From: an uncultured Candidatus Saccharibacteria bacterium
GTDB lineage: Bacteria; Patescibacteriota; Minisyncoccia; Minisyncoccales; PEYH01
Direction: 5' to 3'
DNA: 64,000 nucleotides
NCBI GenBank assembly: GCA_964616145.1
Contig: CAZTRD010000002.1
Span: forward strand, 4,553 to 68,552
Below, piece by piece: positions 18,599 through 28,773 of this stretch. Position numbers and translations under genes: made by a program. Each line of letters begins with the position of its first letter. The stretch's first letter is position 1. Below the pieces are notes generated by a model. That model was given only the letters and a program-made list of their open reading frames with translations, was not told the DNA's origin and did not search any database.

Positions 18599-20098
18599 TT
18601 AAATTCCCAGATTAACAATAGGTCTTTGTTTAGTCCAAGGAAAAGAAATAATTAGCTGTAACCCCGAAACATTTTTCGGAACCTCCCAAAAAATAGAACC
18701 TATCGCGACAGATGCAAACGTATAGCTCTCTGGCTGCACGGTTCCAAAGTCAAGCGAAGGAGATTGTAATGGAAGAGTCATATTTTGGGCTTTATTTTCT
18801 TGATCTATCAATACAAAACACGAAGATGTATAAGAAATCGGTTCGTTGCTAATGTCTACGATACTTATCTCAGCTGCGACATATTTATATCCATCTTTCG
18901 GTTTATAGAGATCCAAATTGGACGCATCAAAGTCGGAAAATCTATGTACCCTAATGGCTAATTTGTCTTCTATTTGGATTCTGTCTCCGAGATTATAAAT
19001 TTTAGGCAGTTCTTGTTTAACTTCACTAGATTTATTGGTTGTTGGTTTCTCGACGGATGGTTGGATGGGCTCCAATAAAACCTTATATATTTCATTAGTT
19101 CCAGTTTTGCCTATATTCAGACTATAATTTATAGCATCTTTTGGTATTTCATAGACAAAAAATCCATTTTCTTTTATATCAGGCGATAGTTTTCGTTGTT
19201 CAAAATAATTATCGATGCCTCCTATCACACCATCATACTCTTCATATTGTCGTCCCTTATCGTCAATCAGAAGAGCCCCATTAGTATTAGTAAATACGAA
19301 AGGCATATTTGTGGTATTGGTGATATCTAAGTTTATTACGACAAATTTTGTGTTTTCTTTAGCTACTTTCGGCGTCCCATAACTGCTACTTATTGTCTGT
19401 TTTTCTTCTACCTTATTTACTCTAAACTTTAAGGTAGTCAGCTGAATTTCATCTCCTATGTTTTTTTCTATAATGATAGATTTTTTGGGCTCCGTTTGTC
19501 CGTTTTCTTCTGTTGAAGTTGATCCCGATTGGGACTCATTAGGCATAAGGTTTGCAAACCTTTCTATTCTTGAAATTATCCAATATCGTTCTCCCACCTT
19601 CTTGGTAAAAACAATTCTAGCATCGTTGGGTAATTCGATATAAGCGGAACCACCTTGTTTCTTAAGATTCTTTTGTTGCCAAGTGTTGAGCCAAAAATTT
19701 CCTTTTAAGCTAATAGTTTCTCCTTCTGTTGGAATCGCAAACCAACTTTCTACGCCTTTTTCTACTTGTTCTTTCACAACAGGTTTCATGCTTTCAGCTA
19801 TCTGAAATCCAAACATCATATCAAGCGCTTCAAATCCTTGTATCCCAGAAGTATCGTTTACAAACTTACTTTTCAAATCCGTCCATACACCTTCAGATAT
19901 CGCGTCAATATCTATATATTTAAATCCTAAATCTGTGTTATGTGTTTCGATAGCTTTTTTAATCTGTCCAACGCTATATTCTGGTGTTCCCATAAACCGA
20001 TAGTGCCTGACGCCAATCGTTCCTAACACAACAACAATTATTACTATTATTATTAAAGCAATTTTAATTTTTTTATTTATGATTTGTCGTTTAAACAT
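18599..20098 (-). CDS. hypothetical membrane-anchored protein; likely start at MFKRQIINKK
   Basis: The 29 N-terminal residues of the tracked ORF are encoded by the antisense of repeat 20109-20281. A TM helix follows the internal Met. Confidence 0.4.
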   Translation of the reverse strand: MFKRQIINKKIKIALIIIVIIVVVLGTIGVRHYRFMGTPEYSVGQIKKAIETHNTDLGFKYIDIDAISEGVWTDLKSKFVNDTSGIQGFEALDMMFGFQIAESMKPVVKEQVEKGVESWFAIPTEGETISLKGNFWLNTWQQKNLKKQGGSAYIELPNDARIVFTKKVGERYWIISRIERFANLMPNESQSGSTSTEENGQTEPKKSIIIEKNIGDEIQLTTLKFRVNKVEEKQTISSSYGTPKVAKENTKFVVINLDITNTTNMPFVFTNTNGALLIDDKGRQYEEYDGVIGGIDNYFEQRKLSPDIKENGFFVYEIPKDAINYSLNIGKTGTNEIYKVLLEPIQPSVEKPTTNKSSEVKQELPKIYNLGDRIQIEDKLAIRVHRFSDFDASNLDLYKPKDGYKYVAAEISIVDISNEPISYTSSCFVLIDQENKAQNMTLPLQSPSLDFGTVQPESYTFASVAIGSIFWEVPKNVSGLQLIISFPWTKQRPIVNLGI

Positions 20099-20108
20099 AA
20101 CTTTTTTT

Positions 20109-20281
20109 ACGATGGCTGTGTGCCCCGGTCTAGAACTTGTACCTATCAGGCCGTTAAAGGGTCCTTGAGCCATAATTCTATCCAAGGATTAACCCGTCTC
20201 GGTCGGGGTCCATATTTAGATTCTAGCATAAAATGAGACAAATGAGACACGGGAAGGGGGTATATCGAAGTGTCTCATTTT
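20109..20281 (+). repeat. about 173-nt repeat element, copy 1. Conserved blocks GCTGTGTGCCCCGGTCTAGAA and GACCCGTCTCGGTCGG, then a terminal 12-bp-stem hairpin AAAATGAGACAC...GTGTCTCATTTT preceded by a TGAGACA direct repeat
   Basis: About 80% identical to 44948-45118 in the same orientation. The hairpin stem is identical in both copies while the loop differs. Confidence 0.8.
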
Positions 20282-20318
20282 CCTTAAACTTCTAGATATA
20301 ATATAGCAAAATAGGATA

Positions 20319-20951
20319 TCATGAGAAAATATGGTGTGTCTCATTCTGAATTATCGAAGATATTCTTTTTATATGGTTTTCTGGTTTAATAAACTTATTT
20401 TTATCATGAACTACTTCCTTGTATTTTCTAACAAGAGATTGGCCCTCCTTTTTTCCTAAATGTAGTAAGATATATTGCCCTAAACCAAAAGGGAAATTAT
20501 TATCAAAACGGTCTGTACTAAAACCATAAGCATGCTGACTAAATATGGGGTGAAACTTACTAAATTTATAACCCGACGGACACCAAGTAGACCGTCTGGG
20601 GTGATACATGTGAAAATACAAAATATCCCAATGCTTGCCTTCCATACAAACAGTTTCATAAATATCAATAGGATCGTTTATTTTTTCGATATTCATAGAA
20701 TATAATCGATGACATAAAAGACCAGAACCGCATTCGCACCTTAACCTATTTAAATATTTTATTTCACCCAAAACCCCATTAACTGGAATGGGATTATCGG
20801 GACTATGACCAAAATCTTTTCTATCATTAAATAGAGAGTCGCAATCCTTTCCTTTAATTGCTAAAGAATAAAGTCCCGGGTGTTCCCTTTTCAGGTCTTC
20901 ATTTTGTTTTCCTAGAGATTCCTCAACAAATTTATTTTTTAAGAAATTCAT
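20319..20951 (-). CDS. hypothetical protein (Cys/His-rich)
   Basis: ORF only. Confidence 0.35.
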   Translation of the reverse strand: MNFLKNKFVEESLGKQNEDLKREHPGLYSLAIKGKDCDSLFNDRKDFGHSPDNPIPVNGVLGEIKYLNRLRCECGSGLLCHRLYSMNIEKINDPIDIYETVCMEGKHWDILYFHMYHPRRSTWCPSGYKFSKFHPIFSQHAYGFSTDRFDNNFPFGLGQYILLHLGKKEGQSLVRKYKEVVHDKNKFIKPENHIKRISSIIQNETHHIFS

Positions 20952-20969
20952 ATTATTAGCTAAGGCTAA

Positions 20970-21470
20970 CTAGATCTTTTTCTGCTTTTGGCTTGCTCCT
21001 CTAAAGAACGTTACCTCCCATTCCCCCTCCTCCTCTAGTTCCTCTTCTGAGTATTTGCTAATTTCTGCTCTTATTATTCTCTCTATCTTCTCCGATTCGG
21101 CCAACCCCTTCAGCATAAGATTTCCCGTACCCTTGACGCTAGGATTTATCTTATCTATCGTTTTGAAATACATGTTTCGTATTTCAACATCCGCTATTTT
21201 ACAAAGCACGTCAGCAAACGAATCATAACTTTTTATTTCTATTTTTTCTGATTTTTTATAAATAAAATTGCTGGCATTATCTTTATCTTCCAAAAATTCC
21301 CAATCCTTGCGATACGATAATGTCACCTTAACTAATTCATTAAAATTCACATCAGGATTCTGGGATTTAGCCCTAAAGATACCCGTCTTCATAGCAAAAA
21401 TTAACCCTTTAGCATAGCTGCTAACTTCTCTTTCTCTAATCCTACTAAAAATCTTGTTTAGAAAAGCCAT
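20970..21470 (-). CDS. hypothetical protein
   Basis: ORF only. Confidence 0.35.
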   Translation of the reverse strand: MAFLNKIFSRIREREVSSYAKGLIFAMKTGIFRAKSQNPDVNFNELVKVTLSYRKDWEFLEDKDNASNFIYKKSEKIEIKSYDSFADVLCKIADVEIRNMYFKTIDKINPSVKGTGNLMLKGLAESEKIERIIRAEISKYSEEELEEEGEWEVTFFRGASQKQKKI

Positions 21471-21667
21471 TTTGTTATTATGTTAAACTTTAATTGTGTC
21501 TTTTATTAACTCCCTTTTTTCTATTATCATCTAAAAGTATCGGGAGGGCAATGTTTGCACCTCTCATTTTCCTTGATTTTTAGATAAAATAGGGCGGGAT
21601 AAGACATTATAGATGAATATACTGTGTCTTATTTATTGCTTGGGAGTTGTAGGTTATTTTGATCTCA

Positions 21668-22258
21668 TTATGTCTTAATAATTTTATCTATTTGTTTCAA
21701 TTCTTCAGAAAAATGATTCGCTAATAAAAACATCCCCGAGAAAGATATAAAGTCATTAAAAACTGTCTTGCCTTGAAGCTTCCTATTTATTTCTTGGTTT
21801 TTCCATTTAATGATCTCATTTTCTTCTAATGTCCACTCCCCCTTTCTATTTTTAAAATAGAATTTATTATTGTGCGCTGCCCCATTCCTTATATGTCTTA
21901 AAAACTTGAATTCTTCTGCATTTTTGATGCCGTCACAATATTCTGAGAACAATAAGAGCTCATACGTGGATATTGCCATTATTTTCCCTATAACAATGGA
22001 ACTGTTTAGTACATTTAACTTTGAAGTATATCTATTATTAATATAATCAATTTCTATGTGTAAATTAACCCATTTGTTGTATTTATCTAACATAGACAAT
22101 AAATAAGGCGCTCCTACCCCCTTGCTTTTTACTAAGTCTTGGATATTCGGATCGGCTAATACGTTATTGGAAAAAATATAAAACCAAAAAATGTTTTCTA
22201 TATCCTGCAGAACTTTGTGAAAGCTCGTATTGATATCTAAATTAACTTTTTTATTCAT
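21668..22258 (-). CDS. HEPN-domain (Abi-like) protein
   Basis: RHIRNGAAHN contains the Rx4H HEPN motif in a helical context; 196 aa. Confidence 0.5.
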   Translation of the reverse strand: MNKKVNLDINTSFHKVLQDIENIFWFYIFSNNVLADPNIQDLVKSKGVGAPYLLSMLDKYNKWVNLHIEIDYINNRYTSKLNVLNSSIVIGKIMAISTYELLLFSEYCDGIKNAEEFKFLRHIRNGAAHNNKFYFKNRKGEWTLEENEIIKWKNQEINRKLQGKTVFNDFISFSGMFLLANHFSEELKQIDKIIKT

Positions 22259-22270
22259 GAATTATATTTT

Positions 22271-22780
22271 CTATTTATTATTGGGGGATTTAATAATCTC
22301 TTCGATACGAGTTCTGATTTTCTGAATATCGTAAGATGCAACACATTTAATTCTTAACAATGGTACTCCTGCGTTTTTAAATACATCTTCAACAAAATTA
22401 TCTCTATCTATTCTATTTTTATAATTGTGCGAATTATCATCTAGCTCTATGGCTAGCACAGGAGTTAGGTTATTCTTTTCTGCAAGTACAAAATCAACTG
22501 ATTTTCTATCTATTTTGTTAAAATATTTGTAGTATTCTCCCCTGCTTGATTTAACATAAACTAAATCTGATAAATGAACTTGGGGAAAGATATAGTACTT
22601 ATTTCCTATTGCTTGTTCCAATACTCTAAAAAATGATGTTTCTGCTTTAGATAGAAGATAATCCTTTTTTGAATATGGATATTTTGATTTGCCCTTCGCT
22701 TTTTTTATATAAACTAACAACCATAATGAAATTAGAATAAATAATACGGTAATAATAATGATTATTTCATTTTTATTCAT
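22271..22780 (-). CDS. DUF2726 (PD-(D/E)xK-like) protein with an N-terminal TM helix
   Basis: SVDFVLAEK...AIELDDNSH...RDNFV...AGVPLLRI follows the DUF2726 pattern. Confidence 0.55.
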   Translation of the reverse strand: MNKNEIIIIITVLFILISLWLLVYIKKAKGKSKYPYSKKDYLLSKAETSFFRVLEQAIGNKYYIFPQVHLSDLVYVKSSRGEYYKYFNKIDRKSVDFVLAEKNNLTPVLAIELDDNSHNYKNRIDRDNFVEDVFKNAGVPLLRIKCVASYDIQKIRTRIEEIIKSPNNK

Positions 22781-22795
22781 AAAAAAATAATTCTT

Positions 22796-23077
22796 TTATC
22801 CTTTTTCTAGAAATCGGGTACCAAGAGTATATCCTATGATCCCGCTCAAGATAGCTCCAGCAACTGCGCTATCTAAAATATTTAACACTGCTAATGCTAG
22901 CGTACCTACCGTCACAAAGATTATTGCTACGCTTTTTATAACGTTATCGGGAGTTAACCAAAGTTTTAATTCCCCGGTTGTTTTTCTCATCGTAACCATT
23001 AACCAACACCAGCAAACAGTGATGGCAAGAAGTGGGATGCCTAATATTATGATTAAAAGAGAAATTTTTGTGTCCAT
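22796..23077 (-). CDS. small three-TM membrane protein
   Basis: Hydrophobic, 93 aa. Confidence 0.35.
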   Translation of the reverse strand: MDTKISLLIIILGIPLLAITVCWCWLMVTMRKTTGELKLWLTPDNVIKSVAIIFVTVGTLALAVLNILDSAVAGAILSGIIGYTLGTRFLEKG

Positions 23078-23098
23078 ATTTTTATTTTAATTATTTTC

Positions 23099-23641
23099 TT
23101 ATTTTTTAGGACCTTCCAAAATTTGTAATTTATTCTTTTTCTCCTTGGCTCTAAGTTTTCTCGCCAGATAAAATGTCCCGTACTGTATAGATCGAAGTAA
23201 CGGATAGGAAGATTCATCTATCGCGCAATACCATGGATCTATTCTAGAAAGCTCATCTGCGATAGATGAAACAAATTCTGGGATAAGGATGGTTTTTATA
23301 CCATTACCCAGATCCATTTTTTTCTCGGAATTTTGGCGAGGAACAGAAAAACCCGTAATTGCTATTTTCTTTATTTTTTTCTTATTAAAACTAAATACTT
23401 CCTCATAATATTTTTCGGCATTTTGGAATTTCTTAGTAAACACCTTTTTCTTTTCTTTCCACGACCATGCATCAGTTGAACATTCAATGTGAATAAACTC
23501 TTTTGTTTTTGGATGGTATGCTATTACATCCATTTCTCCGATATGACCACCGTGTCCAGTTTTACCAAATCGGATGTTTGTTCGACAAAAATATCCCTTA
23601 TATTCATACCATTCAGCTGTTAATTGTTCTAAAAAATTCAT
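23099..23641 (-). CDS. hypothetical protein (possible nuclease-like fold)
   Basis: ORF only. Confidence 0.3.
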   Translation of the reverse strand: MNFLEQLTAEWYEYKGYFCRTNIRFGKTGHGGHIGEMDVIAYHPKTKEFIHIECSTDAWSWKEKKKVFTKKFQNAEKYYEEVFSFNKKKIKKIAITGFSVPRQNSEKKMDLGNGIKTILIPEFVSSIADELSRIDPWYCAIDESSYPLLRSIQYGTFYLARKLRAKEKKNKLQILEGPKK

Positions 23642-23680
23642 ATTATTAATTATAAAGCCTATTATTAATATTAAACCACT

Positions 23681-24310
23681 ATGAGCTTACCTAAACAAGC
23701 GATAAATGAATTTAAAGAGATTTATAAAGATCAATACAACAAAGAGTTAAGTGATGCTGAAGCTAGTGAAGCAGCTAATAATCTAGTAGATTTCTTTAAA
23801 CTTCTATACGATTGCCATATAAAAGAATTAAAAAGGAAAAGACGACTCAAAAAAGAACCTGAGGGGTTTCATCTAACCGATGGAGAATATAACTGTTGTA
23901 TTTGTCATAAACTGATTTCTAGAGAAGAAACATGGTATGACAAATGGGGTATCAAATGCCTATATTGTCAGAAAGCCGTAAAAGAAGGATTAATCCCCTC
24001 TTTTGTTTGCCATGATAGAGATAGTTGGTATGCAATGTGGGAATTAGAGAGTAAGTTTGGAATTAAAAATCAAACTGTAAGAAAATTAGTTAGAGAAGGT
24101 AAGCTTATAGCGAGAATAGTTCCATATGAAAATGGTAATCCCTATGAATATATCTTCTTAAAAAAGGAAAACTCTGATCTTATAGATCCGGATAGAAAAT
24201 CTCCGGCAAGAAAATCATATGATAAAAATTATAATAGGATTATGGATGCAAGAATTCGAGAGGAGAAGAAAAAAGAATATAAAATTAGTGGAAAAAATAT
24301 TTCATTATGA
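23681..24310 (+). CDS. hypothetical Cys-rich protein. Its N-terminal roughly 40-aa domain is paralogous to the 61-aa ORF at 28430-28615.
   Basis: INEFKEIYKDQYNKELSDAEASEAANNLVDFFKLLY vs LNKFKQIYKKRFNKDLSDQKALKKATRLLRLVEIVY; CCICH...CLYCQ zinc-ribbon-like motifs. Confidence 0.4.
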   Translation: MSLPKQAINEFKEIYKDQYNKELSDAEASEAANNLVDFFKLLYDCHIKELKRKRRLKKEPEGFHLTDGEYNCCICHKLISREETWYDKWGIKCLYCQKAVKEGLIPSFVCHDRDSWYAMWELESKFGIKNQTVRKLVREGKLIARIVPYENGNPYEYIFLKKENSDLIDPDRKSPARKSYDKNYNRIMDARIREEKKKEYKISGKNISL

Positions 24311-24313
24311 TCT

Positions 24314-25705
24314 TTATATTATTTTTCCCGCAAGATAGTTTCTAACAATATCATCAATTATCCTATCCTCAATACTGAGAAAATCAAATAGTTCAAATAA
24401 CGGCGTTGTGAATTTAAGCACTAAGTTGGTTGTGTTTTCCTCAATTTCTTTTATAGTTGTTACAATTGTAGTGCTGATTTGATTTTCTACACTTTTATAT
24501 TCAGAAGTAATTAGTCTGTTGCCAGTAGCACCCATGATTTTACCCTTTAATCCGCCGTGCTTTATGATTATTGTTATTAGTTCTTCCTTGCCTAGTTTAA
24601 GATTAGAATAGAGGTTTCTAGCATACATCAATGTTTCTGTTATTCTTATTGTTCTAGTATCAAAAAATAAATAGTTAGGCTTTCTTTTTTCTTCGAATAT
24701 GCTTTTTAGTAAATAAAAGGACCCATCTTGCTTAATTGACCAGTAATCAAAACTTTTATCTTCTTTTGTCGCTATCTCTGTAACTATGCCATCATCATTT
24801 GGTTTTGGGCTATATTCTCCATCTCTTGCGCCAGGCGCAATAGGCCAACCGAATGTATGTATCTGTGAATTAATGGCTGCGTCTCTTAATTCTCTTTTTG
24901 ATATATTCAAATTAGACATTGGAAGATACATCTTAATTTCCATAAAAATATCGATATCAAAAGCATGTAAATGCGCAAAAGCTTTTTCAATATTTTTATC
25001 AAACCAATTATTTGATTCCTCTCGAATTTCTTTCTCGATTGTTTCAAATTTTTCAGCTGTAATTGTTTTTATTTTTAATATTTCTTCTACTAGACCCTTG
25101 GTTTCTTCTTTACTTTTCATTTTAACTAAATCCCAAAGGCCTTCACAACCATAAAGAATATCTGACACAGCCATTGAAAGAACTTGCGGTTCTCCTTCCT
25201 TTCCTTTTTTATATAAATATTTTGTATCTTGAATTGCCCAAGCATTTCCCAAGATGGTTCTTGATTGTATCTCGCAATATAACTTTTCTTTATTTCCATC
25301 TATATCGAATTCTTTGGCGAAATTAAAATGATAAGCCCTGTATGGACCTTCATTCTTTTCTTCTGCCATTACATCAATAAATTGTTTTTTTAATTCTCCG
25401 AATAAAATATCGCGGATGGCTTCTCTATCACTTCGACAATGGCACGTTATTCTGTCACCAGCGATGTCTTTAATTTCTATTAGTTTACTTATTTTTTTAT
25501 ATTTTTTCGGATTTTCTCCAATATTTTTGATTATAGAATCAAACTCCTTAATTTTGTTATTTGGTCTTTGTGATACCTCATAGATATCTATCGATTCTTT
25601 CCTCTGTTCTTTGAACTTAGACAAAAAATCATAAACTTCTTGTTGTAGTTGTTCATAATAAGATTTATATTTCTCGTAATCTTTTTTTATTTCTTCTAAT
25701 TCCAT
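24314..25705 (-). CDS. RelA/SpoT-domain (small alarmone synthetase-like nucleotidyltransferase) protein with a long C-terminal extension
   Basis: IKDIAGDRITCHC and GPYRAYHF resemble the RSD synthetase motifs (DxxGxRIxC and YRSxH); 463 aa. Confidence 0.5.
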   Translation of the reverse strand: MELEEIKKDYEKYKSYYEQLQQEVYDFLSKFKEQRKESIDIYEVSQRPNNKIKEFDSIIKNIGENPKKYKKISKLIEIKDIAGDRITCHCRSDREAIRDILFGELKKQFIDVMAEEKNEGPYRAYHFNFAKEFDIDGNKEKLYCEIQSRTILGNAWAIQDTKYLYKKGKEGEPQVLSMAVSDILYGCEGLWDLVKMKSKEETKGLVEEILKIKTITAEKFETIEKEIREESNNWFDKNIEKAFAHLHAFDIDIFMEIKMYLPMSNLNISKRELRDAAINSQIHTFGWPIAPGARDGEYSPKPNDDGIVTEIATKEDKSFDYWSIKQDGSFYLLKSIFEEKRKPNYLFFDTRTIRITETLMYARNLYSNLKLGKEELITIIIKHGGLKGKIMGATGNRLITSEYKSVENQISTTIVTTIKEIEENTTNLVLKFTTPLFELFDFLSIEDRIIDDIVRNYLAGKII

Positions 25706-25776
25706 TTTCTTTTATACCTCAATAGTTTTACCTATTTGTTTTGATTCTTCAGAAAAACGATTCGCTAATAAAAACA

Positions 25777-27669
25777 CTATAATCCTATTTCTTCTAGAAA
25801 TCTACTCTTTCTTTTACCTAGCATTGTCCTGCCAGAAACTTTATGTATTTCTGGTCCTGACCTCTGTTTTGCCCAAGACAGCAATAAACCAAATTTAGCA
25901 CGAGTCATAGAAACATAGAGTAATCGTCTTTTCTCTTCTATATTGGCAGCATTTCCTGGCATAATATCATCTTCTAGCGCAGGGACAATTACGGTGCCAG
26001 CATCTAATCCTTTTGCGGAATGCATAGTCATTATACGCACAGCATTTTCATTTACCTCATTATTATTTTCCAATTCTCCAGACTCCATATTAAATTCAAA
26101 ATCATCTAAAATTTCTTTGAATGAGATAAATTCGCCCGCCTTACTAAATTGTTGGAAATAATCATATAAAATTTTACTTCCTTTGTCATTTTTAAATTCC
26201 GTAAAGTGCGAAAAAATCTTTTTAATAATTTCGTATAAATCTGGTGTTTCTAATAAATCCTTCAAAAAAATGCAAACTTTTGATACGTTTTTCCTAAGTT
26301 TAATTTTTTTAAATGCTTCTTGATTCTCAGTTATATTGTTTATAACATCCCAAAAGGAGCAATTGCTAGCAATCGCATTAAATTTTATTTGGCGAACAGT
26401 CTCTAATCCTATTCCTTTCCAAAAAACTAAAAATTGGCGTAAGCTCAAATTATCATTAGTATTATTTAAAAAACGAATTAATGAAATTAATCCAAGAAAT
26501 TCTGGTGATTCAAATAGATGGGCAACTTTCAATGAAACATTTATAGGAACATCGTTTTCTCTTAGAGCAAAAACGTAATCTTTCGCGATATCTCCATCGG
26601 GGAATAAGATCATTATCTCTTTCGGTGATACTTTCTTTCTAAGCAACTCCTTAACCTTAGACACGAGCCATTCTTTTTCCTTAGTCTTACTTTTATGAGC
26701 GAAAGATACTACAAAACCGTTTCTTTCGCTTTCCCTTTCAAGGGGTATTAGCTCTTTTTTGACTCTATTAATATTGTTTTTTATTAATTTGCTGGCATAT
26801 CTTATTACTTCAGGAAAACATCTTCTACAAATGGTAATGAAGAAAGATTTTCCAGTACTATGATTGTCTAAAAAATTTTTAGTTATACCACTTGGATCTG
26901 CGAATCTAAAACTTTCATAAATACTTTGATCGTCATCGCCGACTACGCATAAACCATCGCAATTACCACAAACCTTATCGACAAAACCCTGCTCAATTGG
27001 ACTTAAATCTTGGTATTCGTCAACCAATAAATATTGTGTTTTCTCATGAACTTCTTTTCTGATATAAGAAAAATTATCAATTAAATCCATTGTTTTTTTT
27101 AATGCATCCACCCAATTCATTGCATTATAAAAATCTAGATGCTCTTGAAAAGTAGCAGAAAAATAACTTAATACTTTAAGCTTTCGCTGATTGTTTATTA
27201 TTTCACCCGGCAAACCAGCTCCTGCCCTTTCCTGAAAATGAGCTTTTTTATATATTGCCAAATCTTCTCTTGAAATCTTAATCCCCCTGGTTTTAAGATT
27301 GTGAGCTACGTCTTTTATTAAAATGTTTGCTATATTATTACTGATAGGACGAAATCCTGGTTTTAAGATTGCCTGTTTTTGATATTTTTGTAAAATAGAC
27401 ATTGCGAAACCGTGTACAGTATTTGTATAAGGCATAAGATCTGATTTTATGCCTGATTTTAATAAATCGCTCCTTAGCTTATTGGCTGCAGTATTGGTGA
27501 AGGTTATCGCACAAATTTCTTTATATAATACTTTTTTGTTGTTAATCAAAAAGTGTACTCTTTTAGTTAAACATAGGGTCTTGCCGGTTCCGGGTCCTGC
27601 CAAAACACACATAGGTGCGCCTGAAAATTCGACTATTTCCTTTTGCTCTTTACTTAAAATACAATTCAT
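25777..27669 (-). CDS. UvrD/PcrA-like superfamily I DNA helicase
   Basis: Walker A AGPGTGKT, and C-terminal TMHSAKGLD and YVSMTRAK motifs. Confidence 0.75.
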   Translation of the reverse strand: MNCILSKEQKEIVEFSGAPMCVLAGPGTGKTLCLTKRVHFLINNKKVLYKEICAITFTNTAANKLRSDLLKSGIKSDLMPYTNTVHGFAMSILQKYQKQAILKPGFRPISNNIANILIKDVAHNLKTRGIKISREDLAIYKKAHFQERAGAGLPGEIINNQRKLKVLSYFSATFQEHLDFYNAMNWVDALKKTMDLIDNFSYIRKEVHEKTQYLLVDEYQDLSPIEQGFVDKVCGNCDGLCVVGDDDQSIYESFRFADPSGITKNFLDNHSTGKSFFITICRRCFPEVIRYASKLIKNNINRVKKELIPLERESERNGFVVSFAHKSKTKEKEWLVSKVKELLRKKVSPKEIMILFPDGDIAKDYVFALRENDVPINVSLKVAHLFESPEFLGLISLIRFLNNTNDNLSLRQFLVFWKGIGLETVRQIKFNAIASNCSFWDVINNITENQEAFKKIKLRKNVSKVCIFLKDLLETPDLYEIIKKIFSHFTEFKNDKGSKILYDYFQQFSKAGEFISFKEILDDFEFNMESGELENNNEVNENAVRIMTMHSAKGLDAGTVIVPALEDDIMPGNAANIEEKRRLLYVSMTRAKFGLLLSWAKQRSGPEIHKVSGRTMLGKRKSRFLEEIGL

Positions 27670-27681
27670 TGATTCAGAGAT

Positions 27682-28332
27682 TTATTTTTTAATTTGGCAG
27701 ACACAGTTACGATAAATACACCATTTACAATTAGGATTTTCCGGTGGCATGGGACTATTTAACAGAGCTGATATTCCGGAAATAAAGTCATAAAATCTAT
27801 CCATATCTTCCTTAATCTCGAACCAGTAAGGTTTTGCTTTGAAAATAACATCTTCTCCTGGAAAAGAAATATCTTCTGGATTAATAGCGATAACTCCCAT
27901 CTTACTAATTTTTTTTGGTTCGCCAAAGGCAGGATTTTCTAGGGCAAATTTATATCCGTGTAGCTGAGAAAAAAATTTACTTATTTTGTCTTCTTTTGGA
28001 TCCGTAATTTTAAAATCAATAACCGCATATGTACCATCGTCTAAATGAGAAGCGATATCAAATCTACCACTTATATAGCAATCGTTAGATGGCGGAATGA
28101 TTTTTGACTTAAGAAATCCCTCTTTCACTTCAATTTTTCCAGCTGGTAATCTAGAGTTAATCTCTCTTAAATCCATCCCAATAATTGCATTTTGCAATAA
28201 TGAATTCATCTTTGAGAAAATCCCTGGCATACCAATTGATGGCAATGTAATTCCATTTTTTACCTTTTCGTAATAACAGTGTTTACAATCTTCGTAAAGA
28301 TATTTAAAATCTGATGGGCTTAGTTTATACAT
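27682..28332 (-). CDS. Cas4/RecB-like PD-(D/E)xK nuclease with a Cys cluster
   Basis: IDFKIT...QLHGY nuclease core, an N-terminal CxxC, and a C-terminal CKWCIYRNCVC cluster; 12 nt upstream of the helicase. Confidence 0.5.
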   Translation of the reverse strand: MYKLSPSDFKYLYEDCKHCYYEKVKNGITLPSIGMPGIFSKMNSLLQNAIIGMDLREINSRLPAGKIEVKEGFLKSKIIPPSNDCYISGRFDIASHLDDGTYAVIDFKITDPKEDKISKFFSQLHGYKFALENPAFGEPKKISKMGVIAINPEDISFPGEDVIFKAKPYWFEIKEDMDRFYDFISGISALLNSPMPPENPNCKWCIYRNCVCQIKK

Positions 28333-28429
28333 AGGTTATTTATTTTTAGGTTTTTCCTTATTAAATTTTAACTGCGGAATAAAAATCTTCGCTAATTTCT
28401 CGGCTGCTTCATCTCTCGATTCCTCTTTC

Positions 28430-28615
28430 TTATTTTGTATCTTCTCTTCTTTTTTGCAGGACATTATATTCTTTTTGAGTCATTGGTTTATAAACGATTT
28501 CCACTAAACGTAACAACCTGGTCGCTTTTTTTAAAGCCTTCTGATCTGATAGATCTTTATTAAAACGTTTTTTATAAATCTGCTTAAATTTATTTAATCG
28601 TTCCTCAGAAATCAT
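28430..28615 (-). CDS. small helical protein, paralogous to the N-terminus of 23681-24310
   Basis: See the 23681-24310 entry. Confidence 0.35.
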   Translation of the reverse strand: MISEERLNKFKQIYKKRFNKDLSDQKALKKATRLLRLVEIVYKPMTQKEYNVLQKRREDTK

Positions 28616-28773
28616 ATATCTATAATTTTATATCCTTTCGGCATCCATTAAATGCCTTTTTGGGTACAAATAAAGCATCAATCCTCAAATATTTCTAATT
28701 TTGGCTTCTTTTTCATATGGGCACTTTGACACGGAGAGTCCTAATTCATCGCGGAATGGAGTGTTATTTAGCA

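Noticed and set aside
18599-20185. Full-length 528-aa ORF starting MDRIMAQGPF
   Set aside because: The first 29 codons are the antisense of the 170-nt repeat. The start was trimmed to the internal Met before the TM helix.
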